Part shown: positions 28,566 to 36,786 of the stretch, piece after piece
How the letters are laid out: each line of letters begins with the position of its first letter
Numbering within the stretch: position 1 is the stretch's first letter
Origin: Bacteroidota bacterium
GTDB lineage: Bacteria; Bacteroidota; Ignavibacteria; UBA10030; UBA8401
Direction of reading: 5' to 3'
NCBI GenBank assembly: GCA_041665525.1
Contig: JBAYIS010000001.1
Span: 215,418 to 279,417, forward strand
Length of the DNA stretch: 64,000 nt
Translations under genes and position numbers: made by a program
The notes under the pieces: model-generated
The model's input: only the letters and a program-made list of their open reading frames with translations
Told to the model about the DNA's origin: nothing
Databases searched by the model: none

Positions 28566-30601
28566 ACGATTGCAATCCCGCCGTACAGTAGTACGACAAT
28601 TAACATATATAAGATATAGTACCGGATATCGGTCCGGCTTAAAAATTCTACTGTATTAATTTTTGAAAGAATGTAAGAGTATAACGGCGCAACGAACTTT
28701 ACGTCAGAAAAATCCTGTGCATGTGAACTAAAGTGCGACCGGACAGGGAAAATCGATCTTGGCGGTACAACATGCTTTTCCCGATGCAGCATTGCAGAAG
28801 CGATATTGTTGATCTCATCAGCGTAAGACGAAGCGGTGTACTGCATCCGGGCAGTCTGCAGCGGATATCCGCATCCCCAGGCGGGAGCGACGCGCTGCCA
28901 GGCGTTCACTTTTTTCCAGACGATGATGGAACCGATGGTAACCAAAACGCTGGCAAACACCAGAGTGATTACGTCCCATTGAGCGAACATGGAGAACGGT
29001 TGGACAATTATCCCCCAGCGATTATAGGTAATGACGGTAGAAATCACTCCAAGAACCGATTGTGGATACACTCCGAACAGGATGCACAGTATTGCGAGCA
29101 TACCCAGGGAGAGATAGTCTGTAACTGAAACGTTGAACTGATGATTTCCTTTCCGTGCCGTACCAAGGAACATCACACTATTGATCTTTGTGAAACACGC
29201 CAACGCTAATCCTCCGACGAATGCCAAACCAACAGACATCAACAACATAAAAAGAGGAAAATATTCACCGAGGAGCGACGCTGTTTCAAAAAATCCTTTG
29301 TAGATCAAAAATTCGGACATGAAACCATTCAACGGAGGAATACCGCTGATAGCGATGGACCCCGTCAGAAAAAGGGCAACGAAGAACGGTGCGCGATGGA
29401 CAATGCCGCCCATTAATTCAATATCTCGCGTATGATAATTTTGATAAATAGTCCCGGTGCCGAGGAAAAGTAAACTTTTAAAGATTGCATGGTTAAACGT
29501 ATGGAAAAGTGCACCTCCGAATCCGAGCCAAATCAACGATTGCGCAGAATAGGATATGCCGATAACACCCAAACCGATGCCGATACCGATGATTCCGATA
29601 TTCTCGATGGAATGATAAGCGAGTAGTTTTTTGATATCGTGTTGCGCCAGCGCGTACCATACTCCGAAGATAGCACTGAAGAGGCTCGCTGCAAGAATCA
29701 TCAGACCCATCCACGCAGGAAGAGGGGAACAAAATTCTATCAGTCGAAATATCCCATAGATCCCTGTCTTGATCACAATACCGGAGAGGAAAGCGCTCAG
29801 TACTGTCGGTGCGATGGGATGAGCCCACGGCAGCCAGAAATGGAACGGCATAAATCCCGCTTTAATCCCGAAGGCTGTAAACCCGAACAGGCATGCAATA
29901 TAGAACATCCAACCATTGTCTGTAGTAAAGTGAAAATCGGTAAAATACCAACTCCCCGAATGCCGTTGGAGGATGAAAAAAAATATGTACAACACGAATG
30001 TGGCGGCGTGGGTCGTACAGAAATATATGAAACTCCCTTTTTGGACTTCCGGTTTTTCCTTCTCCAACAGCATTCCAAGATAGGCCATCAACGTCATCAA
30101 TTCCCAGAAGATGAGAAAGGCAATTGCATGATTTGCGAGAACCAGCAATTGCGTCGACAGCAGCAGCATCGAAAAGATTGCAAGGTAAGCACGGACCGGC
30201 ATACCCCGTTGCAAATAACGCTGAATGTACGTTCGGGTGGAGAGAACGATCGGAATTGAGACTGTTGCGATAACAAGCAAGAAATACAGCCCGAGTCCGT
30301 CAGCACGGAAAAACTTCTCCCATTGTGGTATATCAGAAATAACCGAAAGTATTTTCGGAAGTATAAGAATGCGATTGACGGCAAAAATGAGCATTAAGGA
30401 CAATCCCACAATGAGAACAGCAGTGTATATTGATAATGCCCGCAGTATCGGTCGTACGGTTACTGCGATTATCGAACCGGCAAAAAAGAGAACGCATCCT
30501 ATGATGAAGAAATAGTCCACGATTATTGGAGTAAATGACTCATGAAATTCTTTTCCATTAAATAAATATCGAAAGTAGTAAATAGAACAACAGCACTGCA
30601 A
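28550..30601 (-). CDS. HyfB/HycC/NuoL-type antiporter-like subunit, copy 3 (start uncertain)
   Basis: LAYHSIENIG, FHTFNHAIFKSLLFLG and the C-terminal WGCGY...MQYTASSYADE extension. The N-terminal ORF extension overlaps the upstream paralogue by 44 nt. Confidence 0.8.
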   Translation of the reverse strand: MQCCCSIYYFRYLFNGKEFHESFTPIIVDYFFIIGCVLFFAGSIIAVTVRPILRALSIYTAVLIVGLSLMLIFAVNRILILPKILSVISDIPQWEKFFRADGLGLYFLLVIATVSIPIVLSTRTYIQRYLQRGMPVRAYLAIFSMLLLSTQLLVLANHAIAFLIFWELMTLMAYLGMLLEKEKPEVQKGSFIYFCTTHAATFVLYIFFFILQRHSGSWYFTDFHFTTDNGWMFYIACLFGFTAFGIKAGFMPFHFWLPWAHPIAPTVLSAFLSGIVIKTGIYGIFRLIEFCSPLPAWMGLMILAASLFSAIFGVWYALAQHDIKKLLAYHSIENIGIIGIGIGLGVIGISYSAQSLIWLGFGGALFHTFNHAIFKSLLFLGTGTIYQNYHTRDIELMGGIVHRAPFFVALFLTGSIAISGIPPLNGFMSEFLIYKGFFETASLLGEYFPLFMLLMSVGLAFVGGLALACFTKINSVMFLGTARKGNHQFNVSVTDYLSLGMLAILCILFGVYPQSVLGVISTVITYNRWGIIVQPFSMFAQWDVITLVFASVLVTIGSIIVWKKVNAWQRVAPAWGCGYPLQTARMQYTASSYADEINNIASAMLHREKHVVPPRSIFPVRSHFSSHAQDFSDVKFVAPLYSYILSKINTVEFLSRTDIRYYILYMLIVVLLYGGIAIVWTYF

Positions 30602-32672
30602 TCGAAAAACTGATATAGACCTGAATCTTTCCGGCTTGCAGCCATGTGAATCTGCCGGTCGTCCAATGAAATGCAGTCATCAAAGGGGAAATAATTTTGT
30701 ACAGAACAAAATCCCGGGTAGTGGTTCGAAATGTTGACGGCTGCGGGAACGAATATATGGGAAGTGTGATCTCTTTTTCAACATTCAGCGCTGTGCTGGC
30801 GATTGTCACCATCTCATCTGAAAATGAAGTGCCGGAATATTGCATTCGGGAAGTTGGGAATTCATAACCGCAACCCCATGCCCGGGCGATTCGCTGCTGC
30901 ATGCTCAATTTCTTCCATCCGATTAAAATCACAACGGTGACCAGCACACTCAGAAAGACCAGTGACATCACATCCCATTGCGCAAACATAGCGTACGGTT
31001 GAATGCGGATTCCCCAATGATTAAATGCGATCACCGAAGAGATAGTGTTCAGCAACGATTGTGGGAAAACACCGAATAGAATGCAGAAAAACGCCAGGAT
31101 ACCCAATGCAATGTATTCGGTTGCTGAAACAGTAAAGGTAACGCGGTCAGTCCGCGCCGAACCCAGGAACATCACCCCGTTGACTTTCGTGAATGCTGCC
31201 AGTGCTAATCCGCCGACAAAGGCTAATCCTACCGACATTAACAACATGAAGAGCGGAAAATATTTGCCGAGGACTGAAGCGGATTCCAGAAATCCTTTAT
31301 AGATCAAAAATTCGGACATGAAACCGTTGAGCGGGGGAATGCCGCAGATAGCGATGGATCCGATAAGGAATAAGCCGGTGAACCAAGGCGCCCGGTGGAC
31401 GATTCCTCCCATCAGATCGATACGCCGCGTATGATAATTCCTGTAGATAACACCGGATCCGAGGAAAAGTAAACTCTTAAAGATGGCATGATTGAATGTG
31501 TGAAAAAGTGCACCGCCAAATCCAAGCCAGACAAGTGATTGAACGGAATACGCGACGCCGATTACGCCGAGGCCAATCCCGATTCCGATAATGCCGACAT
31601 TTTCGATGGAGGAATAAGCGAGCATCCGTTTGATATCCGTTTGAGCAAGTGCATTCCAAATACCGAAGATGCCGGTGAATATTCCGATCCCGATCATGCC
31701 CAGTCCGATCCATGCTGAAAGCGGTGAACAGAATTCAACGATTCGGAAAATTCCGTATATACCGGTTTTCAGAATTACCCCGGAAAGAAAAGCACTCAGA
31801 ATTGTTGGCGCTATGGGATGAGCCATCGGCAGCCAGAAATGGAACGGCATAAAGCCTGCTTTAATGCCGAATCCCATCAAACCGAATAGACAGACGATAT
31901 AGAAGACCGCGCCGCTCTCCGGTGTGATATGAAAACTGCTGAACATCCAGCTGCCGGAATGCTCATGCAGAAGAAAGAAAAAGATGTAGAGAAAAAATGT
32001 TGCAACATGTGTTGTTACAAAATAAATGAGGCTTCCATGCTGCACTTCTTCTTTCTCTTTGTCCAGAAGCATTCCCAGATACGCTGTGAGTGTCATCATT
32101 TCCCACAGGACGAGGAATGCAATTGCGTGTGTTGACAGAACCAATAATTGTGTTGCGAGAAACATCACCGCGAATGCGGCGCAAAAAGCACGGACAGCTG
32201 ACTCTTTATGAAGATACGACAGAAGATATGAATATGACGCTAACACCGTCGGTATGGCTGATACAGTAATAACCAGCAGAAAAAAAAGGGCCAGTCCGTC
32301 TGCTTGAAAGAAAATAGAGATTGAAGGGAACAGCGAAAACACCGGTGTGATAGTCGGGAGCGACAGGATTTGAATTAACGCGAAAGAGAAGTTTAGCGAC
32401 AGTCCTGCAATAAGGATCACCACATAAATCGTCAGCGCCCGTTTAAGAGGACGGATGAACAATGCACCCACTGCACCGATCAGAAGGAGACTACATCCTA
32501 TTGTAAATAAAACATCCACAAAACGTCCTATAGTATGAGGAAGAACGGCTTTCGTAAAAGAAAAGCGCGTGCCGATGCAAACTGTTATAAATAAAATGCC
32601 AAATATAAATAGAATATTAGAACAACAATGGAAAACGTGACATAAATCTGTATTTGACTTGACTGGAGCCAT
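30558..32672 (-). CDS. HyfB/HycC/NuoL-type antiporter-like subunit, copy 2 (start uncertain)
   Basis: Collinear with copy 3 over nearly its full length (for example MGGIVHRAP and GIPPLNGFMSEFLIYKGF are identical). The ORF start overlaps copy 1 by 88 nt, so the real start is probably internal or non-ATG. Confidence 0.8.
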   Translation of the reverse strand: MAPVKSNTDLCHVFHCCSNILFIFGILFITVCIGTRFSFTKAVLPHTIGRFVDVLFTIGCSLLLIGAVGALFIRPLKRALTIYVVILIAGLSLNFSFALIQILSLPTITPVFSLFPSISIFFQADGLALFFLLVITVSAIPTVLASYSYLLSYLHKESAVRAFCAAFAVMFLATQLLVLSTHAIAFLVLWEMMTLTAYLGMLLDKEKEEVQHGSLIYFVTTHVATFFLYIFFFLLHEHSGSWMFSSFHITPESGAVFYIVCLFGLMGFGIKAGFMPFHFWLPMAHPIAPTILSAFLSGVILKTGIYGIFRIVEFCSPLSAWIGLGMIGIGIFTGIFGIWNALAQTDIKRMLAYSSIENVGIIGIGIGLGVIGVAYSVQSLVWLGFGGALFHTFNHAIFKSLLFLGSGVIYRNYHTRRIDLMGGIVHRAPWFTGLFLIGSIAICGIPPLNGFMSEFLIYKGFLESASVLGKYFPLFMLLMSVGLAFVGGLALAAFTKVNGVMFLGSARTDRVTFTVSATEYIALGILAFFCILFGVFPQSLLNTISSVIAFNHWGIRIQPYAMFAQWDVMSLVFLSVLVTVVILIGWKKLSMQQRIARAWGCGYEFPTSRMQYSGTSFSDEMVTIASTALNVEKEITLPIYSFPQPSTFRTTTRDFVLYKIISPLMTAFHWTTGRFTWLQAGKIQVYISFSIAVLLFYLLLSIFI

Positions 32673-34561
32673 TTAAAACGATCCGTAAACCAGGCCAGAC
32701 CCGTCATGCACGGCTTCACGATCTTAAAAAGGATGAAATCCTGCACATTGGTTCTGAATCTGCTGGGCAATGGGAATATGACATGCGAAATGCTGACCTC
32801 ATTCTCTGCGGTCAATGCCTTACCGGCAATGTTGACTATCGTATCGGAAAAGGAGGTTCCTGTATATTGCATTCTCACGGACTGTCCGGGATAACCGCAT
32901 CCCCATGGCAAACTGGTGCGCGATGAATTACGGACGATTATTTTGTTCTTCCAGACCATCAACAAAGAGATGATTAACAGAACACCGAAGGCAGTCAGTC
33001 CGACGGTGTGCACTGTTTCCACAGATGTACTCATAGTTTGAATATGACTTGTTGGAAAGAGTCCGGAAAATATTGTGACACTCATTCCGACGATCCATTC
33101 GGGAAAGATTCCCAAGAGAACAACGATAGCGGTCAACGAAAGAAGAGAGATCAATTCTGCTGAATTCATGCGCAGCGGTTGTAGTGGCATGGATTTTTCT
33201 CTGCCAAGAAAGATCATAGAGAATGTTTTAGAAAATGCGACGACTGCCAATCCACCGACGAATGCAAGAATGACAGCGGCAATAAGCATGAAGAATGGGA
33301 AGTATCCATGTAAAACATTGGACGCTTCAAAAAAACTGCTGAAGATTAAGAATTCGGAAGCAAATCCATTGAGCGGAGGAAGTCCGGAGATTGCGAGCGA
33401 TCCTGTCAAAACTATTCCGCCGAAAAGTGGTGCTGATTTCATTAGTCCGCCCATCTTTTCCATGTTGCGGTGATGAAAATATCGTTGGATCGTTCCTGCA
33501 CTCATAAATAATAGTGATTTGAAAACGAAATGATTGAGTGTTTGGAACAATGCTCCGGATAATCCGAGAAATGTAACGAACGGTTGTTGATATGCTATGC
33601 CGAACATTGAAACGGAAAGAGATAGTCCAATGATCCCTATGTTTTCCACAGAGGAATAGGCGAGCATCCGCTTCAGGTCCTTTTGCGTTAACGCATTCCA
33701 AATTCCCATTACTGCTGTTCCACCTGATACGGCGAGCAGTGCTGAGGCATAAAAATGATCTGTTGGCTGAATCCAAGTGATCAATCGGATCAGTCCGTAG
33801 ATCCCTGTCTTTGGCATAATAGCGGATAATGCTGCCGAAATATGTGTTGGAGCAACAGGATATGCTTCTGGTTTCCAAAAATGGAACGGCATGAATCCGG
33901 CTTTCATTCCAAAGCCGATGAATCCTGTCCAAAATACCGTTGAAATCACGGCGGGGAGAGCGGCGGGTATGGAGAAATGTGCAAATTCCCAGCTTCCTGT
34001 CTGCCAATGTAGAAGAATGAACATTATATAGAGGAAAAGAGTCCCGATATGTGTTGCCACAAAGAAGATCAGGCTTCCTCTTTGCACTTCATTCTTTTCC
34101 CGTTCAAGAAGGATTGAAAGATACCCGGAAAGCGCCATAATCTCCCACGCGGTCAGGAAGAGAAACGCATGTCCGGCAACAACAACCAACTGCATGGAAA
34201 AGAACAGCAGTACCGTTGCGACAATTGTCGGTTTCAATGATCGGTGGTACGCATGCGGTGTCAATTCACCGATGCCATTAATAGAAACGATGATACCGCC
34301 GATTTGGATGATACCGAGAAAAAAGAGGGAGAGAGGATCGAAATGCAATGCGATTGTCCCGAATCCCGGGTGGATAAACAATGGGACATCGAATGGAACC
34401 GTTTGGACAAATGCCAGGATGGTAAATACAAGACCGAACGACATCGCAGTTATGATCGACCCATGCACTACGCGGTTCAGCAACAGTTGATTGTGAGTCA
34501 CCGCTGCAGCAACAAGGGAAAGGACCAAGATGAAACCGTCAATAAAAAAAAACTCGATCAT
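32585..34561 (-). CDS. HyfB/HycC/NuoL-type antiporter-like subunit, copy 1
   Basis: LAYSSVENIG, FQTLNHFVFKSLLFMSAG and WGCGYPGQSVRMQYTGTSFSD. The start overlaps the EIIA-like gene stop by 4 nt. Confidence 0.8.
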   Translation of the reverse strand: MIEFFFIDGFILVLSLVAAAVTHNQLLLNRVVHGSIITAMSFGLVFTILAFVQTVPFDVPLFIHPGFGTIALHFDPLSLFFLGIIQIGGIIVSINGIGELTPHAYHRSLKPTIVATVLLFFSMQLVVVAGHAFLFLTAWEIMALSGYLSILLEREKNEVQRGSLIFFVATHIGTLFLYIMFILLHWQTGSWEFAHFSIPAALPAVISTVFWTGFIGFGMKAGFMPFHFWKPEAYPVAPTHISAALSAIMPKTGIYGLIRLITWIQPTDHFYASALLAVSGGTAVMGIWNALTQKDLKRMLAYSSVENIGIIGLSLSVSMFGIAYQQPFVTFLGLSGALFQTLNHFVFKSLLFMSAGTIQRYFHHRNMEKMGGLMKSAPLFGGIVLTGSLAISGLPPLNGFASEFLIFSSFFEASNVLHGYFPFFMLIAAVILAFVGGLAVVAFSKTFSMIFLGREKSMPLQPLRMNSAELISLLSLTAIVVLLGIFPEWIVGMSVTIFSGLFPTSHIQTMSTSVETVHTVGLTAFGVLLIISLLMVWKNKIIVRNSSRTSLPWGCGYPGQSVRMQYTGTSFSDTIVNIAGKALTAENEVSISHVIFPLPSRFRTNVQDFILFKIVKPCMTGLAWFTDRFKWLQSSQIQIYVTFSIVVLIFYLYLAFYL

Positions 34562-35226
34562 CGTTTATGCTGTTCCTCAAACGTAGCGATGATGGAAATT
34601 AGATCCTGATACGCGGCGCGCTGTTCCAGTGCCTGGCATATCTCTTTTTTTATGAGAAGATAACTGACGTGCGCAAGAAGGCTTAAATGTTGTTTGATCG
34701 TCTGCGAAATTATCAGTATCAGCGTATGCACCGGTTTCCCATCAAGAGAGTTCAGTGATAGAGCTTTTTTCGGGAAGAAGAAATGCACCAGCGGTTTGTC
34801 TCGTCCGATCACCAGCGGGATTCTCGGATGAGGAAGGCTGATACCGTTACCGATAGCAGTGGACATCAGTTGTTCCCGGCTCTTCAGTAGTTGGACAACA
34901 ACATCCTTATCCACCGAAGCATCGAACAATGCAAGATTCGTCATTTGCTCGATGTAGTGTGATTCCGTGAAATCGCAATTGTAGAAAATGGATTGTACAT
35001 CCAGTAACGGCAGCAAACTTTTAATCTGGTATTCCACAAAATGGCGGCTGCCGGAAATATTGAGCGGCATGTTTCTTCCCAATGCCCATTCAATCACTTT
35101 ATCTTTGTTGAACACGACTCTGTCCTGAATCACCTGATGAGGGATCTCCTTTGATTTCACCAGATTCACGATCTCTTTTTCGGACAGGACTAAGAATTCC
35201 GCGACATCCTTAATTTTTAGGTCCAC
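34558..35226 (-). CDS. HTH (excisionase/MerR-like HTH_17) + PTS EIIA-Ntr (PtsN-like) domain regulator
   Basis: The N-terminus IKDVAEFLVLSEKEIVNLVKSKEIPHQVIQDRVVFNKDKVIEWAL is HTH_17-like. The C-terminal part has the EIIA type-2 signature GNGISLPHPR with the phosphorylatable His. Confidence 0.7.
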   Translation of the reverse strand: MDLKIKDVAEFLVLSEKEIVNLVKSKEIPHQVIQDRVVFNKDKVIEWALGRNMPLNISGSRHFVEYQIKSLLPLLDVQSIFYNCDFTESHYIEQMTNLALFDASVDKDVVVQLLKSREQLMSTAIGNGISLPHPRIPLVIGRDKPLVHFFFPKKALSLNSLDGKPVHTLILIISQTIKQHLSLLAHVSYLLIKKEICQALEQRAAYQDLISIIATFEEQHKR

Positions 35227-35623
35227 CGTTTTTTTGCCCTTTCACTCCTAATTGGGATAATCTTTGTTGTGTTAATTGTATCTGTTCCTTCAATTCCAGT
35301 TTTGCTTTTTGCAGCATCGATATTTTACTGTTAATCTCGTTCAAATGACTGTCCAAATATACCAGCGTCTTTTCTTTTGCTTCTAATGGTTTTTTGAGTG
35401 TAAAGTATAATCCAATCACGTCTTTAATCTCTTCAAGCGTAAGGCCGACGTGTTTCAGATTTCTGATGCGGGTAAGAATGGCAAGCGTATCATCATCGTA
35501 GTAGCGATATCCGGCGGTACTGACTTGGGAAGGTGTAATCAGCCCGCGTTGTTCATAGTACCGCAACGTTCGAGGAGTGACCCCTGCTTGTTTCGCAATT
35601 TCACCGATTTTATACACTGTCAA
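35210..35623 (-). CDS. MerR-family transcriptional regulator
   Basis: YKIGEIAKQAGVTPRTLRYYEQRGLITPS plus a C-terminal coiled coil. The ORF-track start is a TTG at 35623. The GTG at 35617, preceded by AAAGG, is a more plausible start. Confidence 0.85.
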   Translation of the reverse strand: MTVYKIGEIAKQAGVTPRTLRYYEQRGLITPSQVSTAGYRYYDDDTLAILTRIRNLKHVGLTLEEIKDVIGLYFTLKKPLEAKEKTLVYLDSHLNEINSKISMLQKAKLELKEQIQLTQQRLSQLGVKGQKNGGPKN

Positions 35624-35645
35624 CCTTTACGTTAACGACAAGGTT
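35622..35645. promoter_or_regulatory. 24-bp near-perfect palindrome at the 5' end of the MerR gene (candidate operator)
   Basis: AACCTTTACGTTAACGACAAGGTT has outer arms AACCTT/AAGGTT and inner palindrome CGTTAACG. It lies directly upstream of the likely GTG start. Confidence 0.4.
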
Positions 35646-35887
35646 AAAGTAAAAAAAAATGAAGTGAAATTCAATGATCATTGGCACTGGGGAGAGTCTC
35701 ATTTTCTTTCGGAGTCATGGTGAGCCAGCCCCGAAGGGACGAGTCGAACCTTTAATCCATCTGACGATCCGAAGGATCACATTGTGAAGGCATCGAGTCT
35801 GTGTCAATAACTACTGTTTGCGAAGATGTTTGTGGATTATCAGTGCAATTCAACTTTTTTCCTTCTACATTAACCCACTGAAAAATT

Positions 35888-36781
35888 ATGACGACTGAAC
35901 TGCGATATTGCAAGAATTGCGGCATCGAATTGCATGGGGAGTATTGTTCCGCATGTGGACAGAGGGACAAAGACCTTTACATTCCGGTGAAAGAGCTCGC
36001 AGGTGAGTTTATTGAAGTCATTCCGTCCTTCGATCAACGGATGTTTCGCACGTTCAGGTCTTTATTGTTGGAACCCGGCCGTTTGACGGCTGAATATCTT
36101 TCGGGAAAACGGAAGAAGTATCTTTCCCCCTTTAAATTCTATCTCTTCATTAGTTTTCTATTTTTCTTCGTTGATTCCCTGTCACTTTCCGAATCAAAAA
36201 AAGAACTTCGGAGTGAATTTGCAAATATGGATTCGTCGATTACCGTGATCAACGGCGATTCATCGGCAGTATCGCTTCGGAGCAGGAGATCAAACGTTGT
36301 TTTTACAATTGCTGATACAGCGAAAGTGGAGAAACTTTTCGGGAGACGATTCCTTGAAGGATTCCGATCAACCAGAAATGATCCGGAAGAATTTTTTAAT
36401 AAGGTTAAAGAGCATTTACCAAAGATTGTTTTCCTGTTACTGCCTGTCTTCGCGTTGCTGCTGAAACTGGTGTATATTCGGTTGAAAATTCTTTACATAC
36501 GCCATTTGGTATTCTCGTTCTATTTCCATTCATTTATTTTCTTTATTCTGTTGATTGATACTCTCTTCGAAATGGTCATGCCAAAGGGGACGCATCTATA
36601 TGGGAATATCATAATGCTTTCAATTCCCGTGTATCTCTATGCAGGACTGAAAAATGCATATCATCAATCCGCCTGGAAAACTGGTATAAAATTCTTATTA
36701 TTATCACTAAGCCATGCAATTATTTTTTTCCTGTCGCTCACCCTATTTGTGGTAGTAACAGTCCTTCTTTTCTTTTCCTGA
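35888..36781 (+). CDS. DUF3667-like membrane protein with N-terminal zinc ribbon
   Basis: [19 protein letters not shown] at the N-terminus and several C-terminal TM helices. Confidence 0.55.
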   Translation: MTTELRYCKNCGIELHGEYCSACGQRDKDLYIPVKELAGEFIEVIPSFDQRMFRTFRSLLLEPGRLTAEYLSGKRKKYLSPFKFYLFISFLFFFVDSLSLSESKKELRSEFANMDSSITVINGDSSAVSLRSRRSNVVFTIADTAKVEKLFGRRFLEGFRSTRNDPEEFFNKVKEHLPKIVFLLLPVFALLLKLVYIRLKILYIRHLVFSFYFHSFIFFILLIDTLFEMVMPKGTHLYGNIIMLSIPVYLYAGLKNAYHQSAWKTGIKFLLLSLSHAIIFFLSLTLFVVVTVLLFFS

Positions 36782-36786
36782 ATAGT

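Larger units (their letters stand above)
28550..32672 (-). repeat. Tandem paralogous duplication (~2 kb unit) of the HyfB-type gene
   Basis: The DNA of copies 2 and 3 is collinear at an offset of ~1999 nt. For example, TAGATCAAAAATTCGGACATGAAACC is identical at 29301-29326 and 31300-31325. Confidence 0.75.

Noticed and set aside
23303-34561. Annotating the cluster as a functional formate hydrogenlyase / hydrogenase-4 (hyf).
   Set aside because: The large subunit lacks all four NiFe cysteines. No fdhF, hyp, hycI or hyfA-like genes flank the cluster within the window. I therefore call it hydrogenase-related, not a hydrogenase.
35681-35696. TTGGCAC upstream of the MerR/Ehr-like operon as a sigma-54 -24 element.
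   Set aside because: It is on the plus strand, facing the DUF3667-like gene about 190 nt away. The -12 position reads AG, not GC. The reverse-strand scan of the spacer also found no GG-N10-GC.
35700-35760. A tRNA or tmRNA fragment suggested by the reverse-strand GGTTCGACTCG (T-loop-like) and GGGGCTGGCTCACCA.
   Set aside because: The flanking bases do not form a T-stem (AAAGG versus CGTCC) or an acceptor stem, and no cloverleaf can be drawn. I kept it only as an unexplained element.
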